From Cystobasidiomycetes sp. EMM_F5 (lineage: Eukaryota), in NCBI GenBank assembly GCA_051047955.1, contig JBPGPT010000011.1, positions 248,001 to 312,000 on the forward strand: 64,000 nucleotides of DNA, written 5' to 3'. The position numbers were made by a program, and so were the translations under genes. Below, one piece after another: positions 1-10,033 of this stretch; position 1 is the stretch's first letter; each line of letters starts with the position of its first letter. Under the pieces are notes generated by a model. That model made no database searches, was not told the origin of the DNA, and saw only the letters and a program-made list of their open reading frames with translations.

Positions 1-354
1 AGTCCGTTTTGCGCCAGCGCTATTGAATTGCAGCAATGCCATCTGAGCAGACGCATCTTGCAGCGCGACACGGTCGGGGTGTAATTTTAGATATGCCTGT
101 CCACGGAGCTTTCCAGCTTCGATGCGAGTCAAGTCGTCTACATTGCACAAATGGGAGTACAGAATCTTCTCTGCCAGCGTAAGTGGACGCTTGAGGATTG
201 CTTTGACTTGCTCGAGTTGTTTCAAAAGATGCGTGTATGGAGGAATCAGGGTCGAGCAGTCTTTGTTGGGCAGCACAGAAGTCGTGGCATAGGCGCGCCG
301 GCTGGCTGCACAGGCCAGCGACCTGCGCAGCACACCTCGGGAGATCATCGACAT
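1..354 (-). CDS. ACO2: Mitochondrial aconitase-family protein (ACO2/homocitrate dehydratase-like), 5' part; runs off the left edge
   Basis: Not in the ORF track. ATG at 354 gives MSMISRGVLRRSLACAASRRAYATT (presequence-like), then RPLTLAEKILYSHL and RGQAYLKLHPDRVALQDASAQMALLQF. DASAQMA rather than DATAQMA favours ACO2 over ACO1. Confidence 0.88.
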   Translation of the reverse strand, partial: MSMISRGVLRRSLACAASRRAYATTSVLPNKDCSTLIPPYTHLLKQLEQVKAILKRPLTLAEKILYSHLCNVDDLTRIEAGKLRGQAYLKLHPDRVALQDASAQMALLQFNSAGAKRT

Positions 355-703
355 GCTTGTCAGATGGGAATACAACGCGTAACAGCAAAACGGGCCATTG
401 GCCGGAGCAATAATTTTGGCAAAAACTTGGTGGCGTTGCTTTCGGCAATCAAAGACTCCGCGACTGGGAGTGAGAAAGTAAAGAGGTTTAGAGAAGCTGC
501 TACAATTTACAGTACACTGGCGGAGAGCACGAATCTTGCGTGCTTGCGCTCGGTCGAAGGGACTTCAGTGTACAAACGTTTCAATAAATCGCCCTTTTGC
601 GGAGACGGCAACACCTATCTCCTTCGCTTGCTATTGTTGATCCCCATTAGCGACGAGCACTGCCTTTCGTATCAAGGCAGGTGATACGAAAGGCAGAGAC
701 TTG

Positions 704-1480
704 CTAAAAGCCTAGCAATACAAGACTGTCAGTACTGATATGCGGCTTCGCCGCCTTAGCTAAAGTACAAAATTCATTCGAAAGATGCAGCAACTCACTG
801 CCTGCCGGCTCGTGCCTGTGCAGCGACAACGCGCGTATTCCCGGCATATGGCGCACAAAAAGTTGCCTTAGAGGCCGGGAAAGCACAGTAACGATCAGAC
901 TGACTACCAGGAGGCGAGCTTTTTCCTGTGCGAATCGCATCAGATCACTTCATGCACACACTTGAGCAAACATGCTTGGCCCACTCTTTGCGATGTGTTC
1001 AGCTGGAACACTGGCTCGCCTGAAGGCTCCACGGCCGTCCCGTTGGTAAAGATTGCCAGGCGTAAACGATCAATGACTGAAGAGATCGTCACACGATCCT
1101 GCTCTCGTGCAGCTTCGACTTCATCTCCTATATCCAGCTCGTGCCGAAGCTCCTCAAGTCGGCCGGCGCGTAGCTGTGCAGCTACCAATGCCGCGTGTTC
1201 ACGGCACACGGCGCCCAACGTGTGGCCTTGGACGCCGTGGACGTGGACCGCATTTGCGTCCCCGCCATGTCCTGGTCGCAAAACCAGGGATACGACGTCG
1301 CCCGCCGCCCACGGCTGGCGGTATACATAGCATCCGCGGATTTTGGAATCGATGACTGCTGTTTCGTCAGCAAACGTTGCGCGCGGCGCACCCGCACGCA
1401 CGCATACGCATTTGGTCCTGACAAACGTCGTCAGCGATTAGCCCGACTATAGGACGAGTAGCAGCTGGTGCACTCACCAT
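704..1480 (-). CDS. Small HIRAN-like domain protein, about 5 exons
   Basis: Hand-spliced: ATG(1480)|GTGAGT..CAG|DQM|GTATGC..CAG|IDSKIRGCYVYRQPWAAGDVVSLVLRPGHGGDANAVHVHGVQGHTLGAVCREHAALVA. This fits the HIRAN pattern (I/V-x-G-x-x-Y...GE/DxVxLxRxPxNxxDxNAVxV...xGxVxRxxAxxL). The last two exons are less certain. Confidence 0.6.
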
Positions 1481-2239
1481 TTTGTTTGCTTTCGGATGGG
1501 TTGTTTTGAATTGGCACGAGGGAAAGAGAGGCGTAGCAGTCCCGAATTTGGGAGTCGATAGCTGGCATTGAAGGCGTACCACGCCTGCCACTCTTCAACG
1601 GCCTAATGTCGGCACGCTTCAGTCAGCCAGACCCCAGACGCCGCTCAGACGATCACGCTCACAATGCCACTTAGAGCGTCCGCCTGGATTTGCTCGGCTT
1701 GTCCGGGCGGCTGTCACACCGCCATGCCATGCCCTCGCTTCCCGTTTCTGAGAGGGCATGACATGGCGGTGTCAAGGGAAGAGAGGTAACCCGCGTCAGA
1801 GCGCCAAATTAGTTGGCTCGGCAACCAAGCAAGCGATTGTCGGACAGATTCCTCGCTAGTCCACGCGTTTCTGATAACGCCGTTCCGAAAGTTGTCAGAC
1901 ATGTTAGTAAATGCGTGGAGGTCAGAAGCCCAGGCAGGATGTGACCATCGCAGAAGGTGCAGGTTAGCGGCAGCACCGCTTGCAATGAGCGAAATCGCGT
2001 AAGGCATGCCTGACTGGCTAGATTCAGTTCTTTGAGAGAACGAAGTGAAGTCTACACAAGAGAAGTGATTGTAACGTCAATGGAAGGCAATGTCAGCCAA
2101 GATTGCCCTTCCGATCCTCGCCATAAGGCTCTGCAACGACTGAAGGGCTGCCATCCGACCGAGGCGATGCATCTTGCCGCAACGTCGCGACGTCAGCCGC
2201 TTTAGCTCATTGCGATACTCATCCAACCTATCATTCGGC

Positions 2240-2575
2240 ATGCATTTCATATCCTCATCATTCGTTGCCTTGGCTGCACTGGCCCACACCGGAGCCAGTC
2301 GCCCGCTCGCTGCAGCCAGTCTAGACAAGCGGGCGGCAGTGTCTACGAGACTCGCATACACGACGACATACGAGAAGACGTCAGTCTGGACGGAAAAGAC
2401 GACTTCGACCAGCACTGGAGCGGGCTGCGGGCTGTGGTGCTCTACGGTGTTTGGCACGTACACGCTGGAAGCTGCGACGATCACATCTGCGACTACAGTC
2501 ACGTCAGTCGTTCCGGAGGAGACCATCAACAACCGCTGGAGCATCGTAGCGTCCAAGCGGGGAGAGCGGAGATGA
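2240..2575 (+). CDS. Small secreted Thr-rich protein, copy A (111 aa; signal peptide, LDKR Kex2-like site, CGLWC)
   Basis: MHFISSSFVALAALAHTGA signal-like N-terminus, then SLDKR. Against copy B I count 11 synonymous and 7 nonsynonymous changes with the frame preserved. Confidence 0.8.
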   Translation: MHFISSSFVALAALAHTGASRPLAAASLDKRAAVSTRLAYTTTYEKTSVWTEKTTSTSTGAGCGLWCSTVFGTYTLEAATITSATTVTSVVPEETINNRWSIVASKRGERR

Positions 2576-2715
2576 TTGCCGGAGAGCTACCCAGCTTCCT
2601 CATCAGCAACGCAGGAGCGGGAACGGGCGAAAGATAAGCAGCCTGATAATTAGCCGACACACGATCCATTTAGCAGTGCATGTATGTCTGATACTGTCAG
2701 CGATATGGTGATTGT

Positions 2716-2765
2716 GCAACCGAACCAGCTTCAGAGTCCGGCAACCGAGCCAGCTTCGGAGTCTG
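2716..2765 (+). repeat. Imperfect 25-bp tandem duplication, left arm only
   Basis: gcaaccgaaccagcttcagagtccg|gcaaccgagccagcttcggagtctg; the right arm has a single unit (9533-9557). Confidence 0.95.
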
Positions 2766-2963
2766 ACACTTTGCCAAAAATCTCGATTGACGCCAGGACT
2801 AGAACTCGCCATCAGACAGCGTCGAGACAGGTCCATCTGGTCGACAACTCAGCGTGCTTTGTCTGTACACCATATGAGCACTACCTGCCAAAGTGTAACC
2901 CTGCATTTCCAGCAGGAAGATAGCCAACGCTGCCAGTCCGCCTTTCTGAAGCTCGCTCGCCAG

Positions 2964-2970
2964 TATATAT
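2964..2970 (+). promoter_or_regulatory. TATA box of U1 snRNA copy A
   Basis: TATATAT at -33 to -27 relative to ATACTTACCTG. Confidence 0.7.
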
Positions 2971-2996
2971 GTGCCCATGTGCTCCCTTTGGCCTTC

Positions 2997-3175
2997 ATAC
3001 TTACCTGGATTCGTTAGCATTGGCTCATGAATCAGTGCTAGCTGCCCTAGCGCTTTCGCATTGCACGGCGACCCACCCAACAGCCTACGAAAGCGCTTCG
3101 GTAGAAGTCTGCCTCTGGTGGATTTCAAGTCAAAATATTTCCATTGGCCGCCTTGACTTCGGTCCTGGTGGCCCA
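2997..3175 (+). ncRNA. U1: U1 spliceosomal snRNA, copy A (~179 nt)
   Basis: 5' ATACTTACCTGG; helix H GATT/AGTC; SL1 TAGCATTG-GCTCATGAAT-CAGTGCTA; SL2 AGCGCTTTCG..CGAAAGCGCT containing the U1A motif ATTGCAC; SL3 GAAGTCTGCC/GGTGGATTTC; single-stranded AAAATATTTCCATT at the Sm position; SL4 GGCCGCC..GAC-TTCG-GTC..GGTGGCC. Confidence 0.95.
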
Positions 3176-3370
3176 CTCCCCGTTGTACTGTGCACAAGTC
3201 TGCCGTTGTATGCAAGCATCTACCTGTTACTCATGTTTTCATTGAATCCGGGCTCCTCGTCGTCGTCTGGCCCTCGACAGTCCAGCCTTTGACCAACAAA
3301 CTGCTTGCACCAATCCCCAGCTCTGACAAAGCACTGAGCCTGTCAACACTCAGCAAACATGCAGCAACCT

Positions 3371-4903
3371 ATGCCACCGCATATGATGATGCAGGGCTTC
3401 GGTGGTGGTGGACCGCCAGCTCATCCAGGAGCCGGAGGGCGGTACGGCTGGCACGGCTACAAAGGACATCCAGCTTACTGACATTGCTCCAACTTTGTTG
3501 TAGTGCACATCTCTACGTCGGTAATCTGTCACCACGGGTTACTGAACCCGTCCTAGCCGAAATCTTGTGAGTCTGACAAGGACGACTGCACCAATTGTAC
3601 AAGTTGTCCGTGCGGTAGTATGCTGAATACGCTCCACCATTCACAGCGCGACGGCAGGTCCTATTCTCGGCGTCAAACTCATCCCAGACCGTAATTTTCA
3701 GCATGGCGGTCTCAACTACGGCTTTGTCGAATTTCACGACATGAAGGCTGCCGAACAGGCCCTAAACACTCTGAATGGTTGCAAGATATTCGAAACCGAG
3801 ATAAAGGTCAATTGGGCGTACCAGAACGTGCAAGCGAAGGAGGATCTATCGTCACATTTTCACGTCTTCGTCGGCGATCTATCACCTGAAATTACAGACG
3901 AAATCCTCAAGAAGGCCTTTGCGGCGTTCGGTTCCTTGACCGATGCGAGAGTCATGTGGGATGTAGCGACCGGCAAGAGCAGAGGATACGGTTTCTTGGC
4001 ATTCCGTGAAAAGGTTGATGCGGATCAAGCTATTGCGGCTATGAATGGAGAATGGCTCGGTAGCAGAGCTATCAGAGTGAATTGGGCCAATCAACGCATG
4101 GGAGCGAATGGTCAGATGGAGACTGGAGTCGGAGTCGCCGGCGGTCCTGTCAGAATTTCAAACCTGCCTCCATTCTTGGGACCGCCAGGTTCCGCTGCTG
4201 CACAACAGGCTGCAGCTGTAGCATCCCTCGACCCAGATGCTGGTCCTCAAGCTCAGATCTATCAAAGTTTGGTTGGCGCACCGAATGCGGCAATCAGCGT
4301 GCCGCAACATCAACCGAGAGTGCCCAATAACTTCATTCCCAACAAACCACTCAACTTCGATGTCCTCGTTCAACAAGCTCCTCCGTCGAATACTACAGTA
4401 TACGTCGGAAATCTTGCGCCAAGCACTCAATCAGGCGATCTTATGCCGCTTTTCCAGGGTTTTGGCTATATTGCTGAAATTCGGGTGCAAGCGGAGAAGG
4501 GCTACGCCTTTGTCAAGCTGGACACTCATCAAAGTGCCGCAGCGGCTATCATGCATGTGAACGGTAGCATGCTTCATGGCCGCCAATTGCGATGCAATTG
4601 GGGTAGGGAGAAGCTTGGAAGCGATACATCGATTATCGCAAACCAAGCAAACGGTGTCACATCACCACCGCTGGAAAGCGAGAATGTCAATGTGAGTCTA
4701 TTACCATCACGCCCATTGCATACCTGTTGATTGCCGCTTCTCCTCAGCCCATGTTTGCCGGCTATGCTGGATGGACGTACGGCAAACAACATCAGGCTGC
4801 CTTGCCAGGTCTATCGGGCATAGACCCCTCCTTGGCGTCATACTATTCTCAGTACTATGGCGGTTCTTCGGGAGGCGCAAATACAAACGGGATCTCGGCT
4901 TGA
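3371..4903 (+). CDS. PUB1: PUB1/TIA-1-family RNA-binding protein with three RRMs
   Basis: HLYVGNL..NYGFVEF (RRM1), FHVFVGDLSPE..DARVMWD..KSRGYGF..MNGEWLGSRAIRVNWA (RRM2), TVYVGNL..KGYAFV (RRM3). Three GT-AG introns restore the frame; TGA at 4901-4903. Confidence 0.9.
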
Positions 4904-5437
4904 TGCCAACGTAGTCACGAAAGCTCCCATGCAACAACAACATCAAGCTTTATTCTCATTGGCGCAGTCTGCAAATATTCTGCTGCATTCTTTGCTCATT
5001 TGGTCAGACCGGCAGTGGGAAGGGTCCCGGAGATTTGGACATCCAGCAGCATGTCGTACAATTAGTGTATCTTTCGGTACTGACGCGTGTATCCAGGCAG
5101 CAGCAAATGCAACACAGTTGTTCAGCAGACATTACCACACACTGGTGCAGCTCCCATAAAGTGGTTCTTTCAGAGCATGGTTGGCTCGAAGCCGAATGAG
5201 ATGCAAGAGCTTGCCGTTTCAGCGGACTGATGATGTCTCCAGGACCAATTTCGCAGTCGCACCGGAAGACTTCGGTGTTTGTAATTTGGGTCCTTGATGC
5301 ATAAAATAGGCCACGTGACCGATCTGCGAATGCGATCCGGGATGCACCTGTTACAAAATCCTCCCTGCATGGCTTGCTGTTCGACCGTCTCGAACTGATT
5401 GGACTTTTATGCATATCGCATCTAGCCTGACCTCGCA

Positions 5438-7253
5438 ATGCCGTTTGAGCCCATACACGGGTCTCGGCCGCTGACATTACTAAGTGCAGTTGCGCCACCA
5501 TTCGTGTACTGTAAATGGTGGGAATGTGCATCATTGATATCTCACTAACATCCATGCGTCGGCAGTCTTGGCGTTATCCCTCCTGCCGCCTTCTCCCAAA
5601 TCATCACTGACAACAAGACGCCTAGTCGGCCTCACCCGCTCTGGACTGGCAGTGTTGGCAGCCACACTCTTTGCAAGATTACCTCTGAGGTATCACGTTC
5701 CTTGGTCAGCCGGCCTGACCTACATCCTGAGTCTCACGGGCTGGTATGGCTGTGCGAGAGTTGTGGATGTCTTCTTCATTAGTCGCCATCACATACCGAG
5801 ACGAGTCCATCGAAAGCTCAAGCCGTTTACAGAGTCCGCTGTCGATACAGAGTCTGATACAGATACGGAGGTAGTCAAACAACTTCCGGCAAAGCACGCA
5901 CTAGGTCAGACCGATCTGCTGTCCACTGCCGCCTGACTTACTGATTGGTCTGTAGATGTGGATCGTCCAGGCGGTAACAAATGTACTAAGCGGAAATCTC
6001 TGCTGGCGAAATTTGAGCAAGAGGGCGCTGTGACTATTGCGGACTTCACAGCAGCTGTGGTAGACAATATGCCAACGTCCCGCATTCGCCACGGTACACT
6101 TGCAAATGCTGTCGAGTCATACATCATACTGAACATCACCAAATGCAGGATCCATCACGATAGAGAAGGCTGTAACCGAGAAGATTGACGCTCTTGGGTT
6201 GGGTAGCTGGAGAAAACGGTTCCTATACGCGATTGACTTGGAGACTTCCATGAGGGGAGTTGGCGTGAGTTTTGCGTACCGTCATATTTGTCCCGTTACT
6301 AAAGCCTATGCAGTGGAGCTGGACCACGGCAGATGTCCGACATACTAAGCACACCTGGCTGCCTACTTTGCACGACGAGATTGATCAGCTAGTATGCGGC
6401 GATATACCTACAGTGGCGTTTGCGTTCTTCATCGAGCGATATGTTTACCGAGCATCGGACCCAGCTATCGGCATTGACTCGCTCAACGCTATTCAGCGAG
6501 GTCTGCTTACGCTGTCACTCGGTATATTTCTTTTTGGCACATTTTCGGCGGGCTACACATCCGGAGCCATATTGACAGCTCCTTTGCGTACAAGATATCG
6601 GGAATGGTAGGATGTTTGACCTTCGGCTCTCATGCACAAGCTGACACTGCCTGTGTAGGACCACCCATAATCTGGCATTCTGGCCGCCCTTAAATAGTCA
6701 GCCAATGATCAAGGCAGTGACCGTCCGCCAGTTCTGGTCTCGGTCATGGCATAGATTATTCTCGCGACTCTTTCTGGTGTACGGTGTCTGGCCCGGCCAG
6801 TACTTAGAGCGACTACTGTTGCCTGCTGGCGTTCGGAAACAATTTGATCCGCAATCTGATGTAGGAAAAGTAGCGGGAGCTTTCTTCATCTCCGGCATCG
6901 TCCATGCTGCAGCGGGCATATCGATCAATGGTGGACGCCCCTCGCAAACGTTTGAGTGGCTGTTCTTCTGGTGCAACGGAGTTGCAATCATCATGGAAGA
7001 AGGAGTGAAGAAGGTAGTCATCCGTCTTCGAGGCGACAGCGAATTGAGGTGGTATGATGCATGGGTCGGTCGATTCTGGACAGCAACGATCTTGCTATGG
7101 AGCGGCCAATACTTCACTCGCGGTTGGTACGACAGCGGTCTCGTTGAGGTTAGCCTGCCTCATCTTTTAGTGATGATCTGGGCTGATGCCGTCATACAGG
7201 AAATGGTCACTTTGCCAATAAAGGCTGTACAATTTGTGCTGGACCGCATCTGA
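5438..7253 (+). CDS. Membrane-bound O-acyltransferase, wax-synthase/TRI7-like
   Basis: SMRGVGWSW, VRQFWSRSWHRLFSR, AFFISGIVH (MBOAT catalytic His region); several TM segments; multi-intron. Confidence 0.82.
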
Positions 7254-7285
7254 GCTGCGCGCCCCGCATCCAAGAAAACTATGAT

Positions 7286-8996
7286 CTACTGCTGTACTAC
7301 AGCCCATACTGCTTCGTCAATCTGTCCAATACCATCTTGTACTGCCTCGTGGCCTTTGGCTTGCTCCTCTCGAAGAAACCGGAGTTTTAGCGCGGCTCCA
7401 AATGTGTCCATGACACCAAGCCCATTCGCTAATGCCCACACCAGCGTTGAGGCATAGTAGAAATTGCTGTTTGCAGAGCCAGCATACAGCCACAGATGGT
7501 GGAAAGTTGGCATCAGCAACAGAGTATATAGATGAGCCATTATTGTGAACAGGGGATGGCGCATGTCTGCCGTGACTATCAGTAAGTTTTCAGAGCGTGG
7601 CACCATCCTGGGCACGTACGAGGACTCAGATCTGGGAACAGAGCCAGCAAAGAATGGTAAAGAGCAGTATCTCCCAAACTCGGATACGACTTGAAGGTGG
7701 CGTTTATACCAGCAAGCACCATGAATGCGAGCACTGGGTCGTATCTGTGTCGAGAATCTTAGCAATTCATTGCGTCAAGAAGCAGACCCTACCGCAGCTT
7801 GGTGGATATTGGTAGGGCGTAGCACAAGAGATGTGCTTGGAATGCCAGCAAGAAGAACTTGCGGAAATGATCAAACATTTCGATGAAGAAGTACCAGTAC
7901 AATCCGATATTTGGAGTGAGATCTTGTACCGTGAGACTGTTCTATAATGTTAGCGTTGGCCTACGGCGACGGTTTTTGCTAGCGTACATCGCCGAGTACG
8001 CTTGAAGGAATGACCAGGAGCCTATTGTCTCGTATGATGCTACCGCTAAGCCAATCTGGTGAATGGCCAGGATCGGCAGCGATCTCTTGATGGCCCATGA
8101 CTGTGGAAATCATCAGTTTCGGGTGGGGTGAATGCGAACAGTAAGCTGACTCACCAGTGGCTTCCGCCTAGCATGCGCAAGGATGCAAAGCAGAGCGGGC
8201 AGATAGATGAACGGCAGAGACAGATGAAGAGCGGTAGAGAAGGCAATAGTAGCCAGTACAGTACTGCCTGCAACGCGGACGCTGTCAGCGGCCCGCGTAT
8301 GAAGCATATACGCTTACAAACTGACCCTGAACTGCAAAATATAAAGATGAAGTGAGGGCTAGATTGGACCAGCAAGTTGTGGACTTTGACAGAGTACTGA
8401 GGATGATGAGCGGGTTGAACAGCGTACTGTTGTTCCATTAGTTTAGGAAAACATTGGTGGGGTCTGGGCTAACATACATGCTGGCAACCCATAGTAACGA
8501 AGCTGGAGCAACGCAAGAGGATGGTAGAGTATTGCTGCCGCTAGCCTTGACAGTGCCGAAGTCCTTATTGCGTGTTGCTGCAACCCCAACGATAGCCAAT
8601 GCTGTCAAGATGTCTGCTGCCGTCCATAAGAGCGGTGTAAGGGACGTGGGGATAGCTGAGCAGAAGAGAATTAACATGGGCGCCTATACCATTTATCGAA
8701 TTAGCTCGCTATACGATTCATTCAAGCTTGTTTGCGCGTACTTGACGGTAGATGTTGCCCTCGTATGGATCGTGTCCCTGGCGCCATAAATGGATGCCTT
8801 CTTGTACTGTGAAGCGTGTGTAAGATCGCGCCTAAGACTACGTGACATTTCCAGCCTTACAGGAATTCCACGATGTCACCGGTGTCGACAATTCAGGCCG
8901 ATGCATTGCAAGCGAGACGAGACCCGGAAATGCAAAAAGAGCGAGTCGCAGAACGGCACCACAGGCAAAGACATAGTACAGACGTGCATCGTGCAT
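7286..8996 (-). CDS. GAB1: GPI transamidase subunit PIG-U/Gab1
   Basis: N-terminal RPELSTPVTS, internal TPNIGLYWYFFIEMFDHF, C-terminal LMPTFHHLWLYAGSANSNFYYA. Confidence 0.93.
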
Positions 8997-9122
8997 GGAT
9001 TGCGGCGGTGTGACGGTAGCTAGCCGTCCTCTGAGTCTGAGAGCGAAGTCGTCTGTGAGCGCAAAATAGGGGAAAATAATGTTGATGGGAGTAACAAAAT
9101 AAATTGAATGAGATGGTGGGAA

Positions 9123-9301
9123 TGGGCCACCAGGACCGAAGTCAAGGCGGCCAATGGAAATATTTTGACTTGAAATCCACCAGAGGCAGACTTCTACCGA
9201 AGCGCTTTCGTAGGCTGTTGGGTGGGTCGCCGTGCAATGCGAAAGCGCTAGGGCAGCTAGCACTGATTCATGAGCCAATGCTAACGAATCCAGGTAAGTA
9301 T
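9123..9301 (-). ncRNA. U1: U1 spliceosomal snRNA, copy B (identical to copy A)
   Basis: Plus strand reads CCAGGTAAGTAT ending at 9301; base-for-base reverse complement of 2997-3175. Confidence 0.95.
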
Positions 9302-9327
9302 GAAGGCCAAAGGGAGCACATGGGCAC

Positions 9328-9334
9328 ATATATA
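9328..9334 (-). promoter_or_regulatory. TATA box of U1 snRNA copy B
   Basis: Mirror of 2964-2970. Confidence 0.7.
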
Positions 9335-9697
9335 CTGGCGAGCGAGCTTCAGAAAGGCGGACTGGCAGCGTTGGCTATCTTCCTGCTGGAAATGCAGGGT
9401 TACACTTTGGCAGGTAGTGCTCATATGGTGTACAGACAAAGCACGCTGAGTTGTCGACCAGATGGACCTGTCTCGACGCTGTCTGATGGCGAGTTCTAGT
9501 CCTGGCGTCAATCGAGATTTTTGGCAAAGTGTCAGACTCTGAAGCTGGCTCGGTTGCACAATCACCATATCGCTGACAGTATCAGACATACATGCACTGC
9601 TAAATGGATCGTGTGTCGGCTAATTATCAGGCTGCTTATCTTTCGCCCGTTCCCGCCCCTGCGTTGCTGATGACGAAGCTGGGTAGCTCTCCGGCAA

Positions 9698-10033
9698 TCA
9701 TCTCCGCTCTCCCCGCTTGGAAGCTACGATGCTCCAGCGGTTGTAGATGGTCTCCTCCGGAACGACTGACGTGACGGTCGTTGCAGATGTGACGGTCGCA
9801 GCATCCAGCGTGTACGTACCAAACACCGTAGAGCACCACAGCCCGCAACCCGCTCCAGTGCTGGTCGAAGTCGTCTTTTCCGTCCAGACTGACGTCTTCT
9901 CGTATGTCGTCGTGTATGCGAGTCTCGTAGACACTGCCGCCCGCTTGTCTAGACTGGCTGCATCGAGCGGGCGACCGGCTGCGGTGTGGGCCAGTGCAGC
10001 CAGGGCCACAAATGATGAAGATATGAATTGCAT
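9698..10033 (-). CDS. Small secreted Thr-rich protein, copy B (111 aa)
   Basis: MQFISSSFVALAALAHTAAGRPLDAASLDKR...GCGLWC...SKRGERR; 7 aa differences from copy A. Confidence 0.8.
   Translation of the reverse strand: MQFISSSFVALAALAHTAAGRPLDAASLDKRAAVSTRLAYTTTYEKTSVWTEKTTSTSTGAGCGLWCSTVFGTYTLDAATVTSATTVTSVVPEETIYNRWSIVASKRGERR

Larger units (their letters stand above)
1972..3180 (+). repeat. Left arm of ~1.2 kb inverted repeat (secreted-protein gene + U1 snRNA gene)
   Basis: Reverse complement of 9118-10300. 2759-3175 is identical by eye; there are about 45 substitutions in 1972-2620, plus one 25-bp and one 1-bp indel. Confidence 0.98.

Noticed and set aside
151..684. 177-aa plus-strand ORF (and the 20-448 minus ORF)
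   Set aside because: Shadow frames of the aconitase CDS and its upstream region; non-ATG starts and no motifs.
3068..3083. Possible spliceosomal intron inside U1 (GCGACC...CAG), since snRNA introns occur in some basidiomycete yeasts
   Set aside because: Only 16 nt, with no branch point; better explained as a stem-loop II extension.
2603..3292. ORF-track frames over the U1 region (2684-2923, 2712-3017, 2799-3215, 2969-3292) and their mirror frames in 8838-9589
   Set aside because: They overlap the U1 gene and promoter and recur only because the DNA is duplicated; no protein features. Only the last ~50 codons of 8838-9329 are real (PIG-U exon 1).
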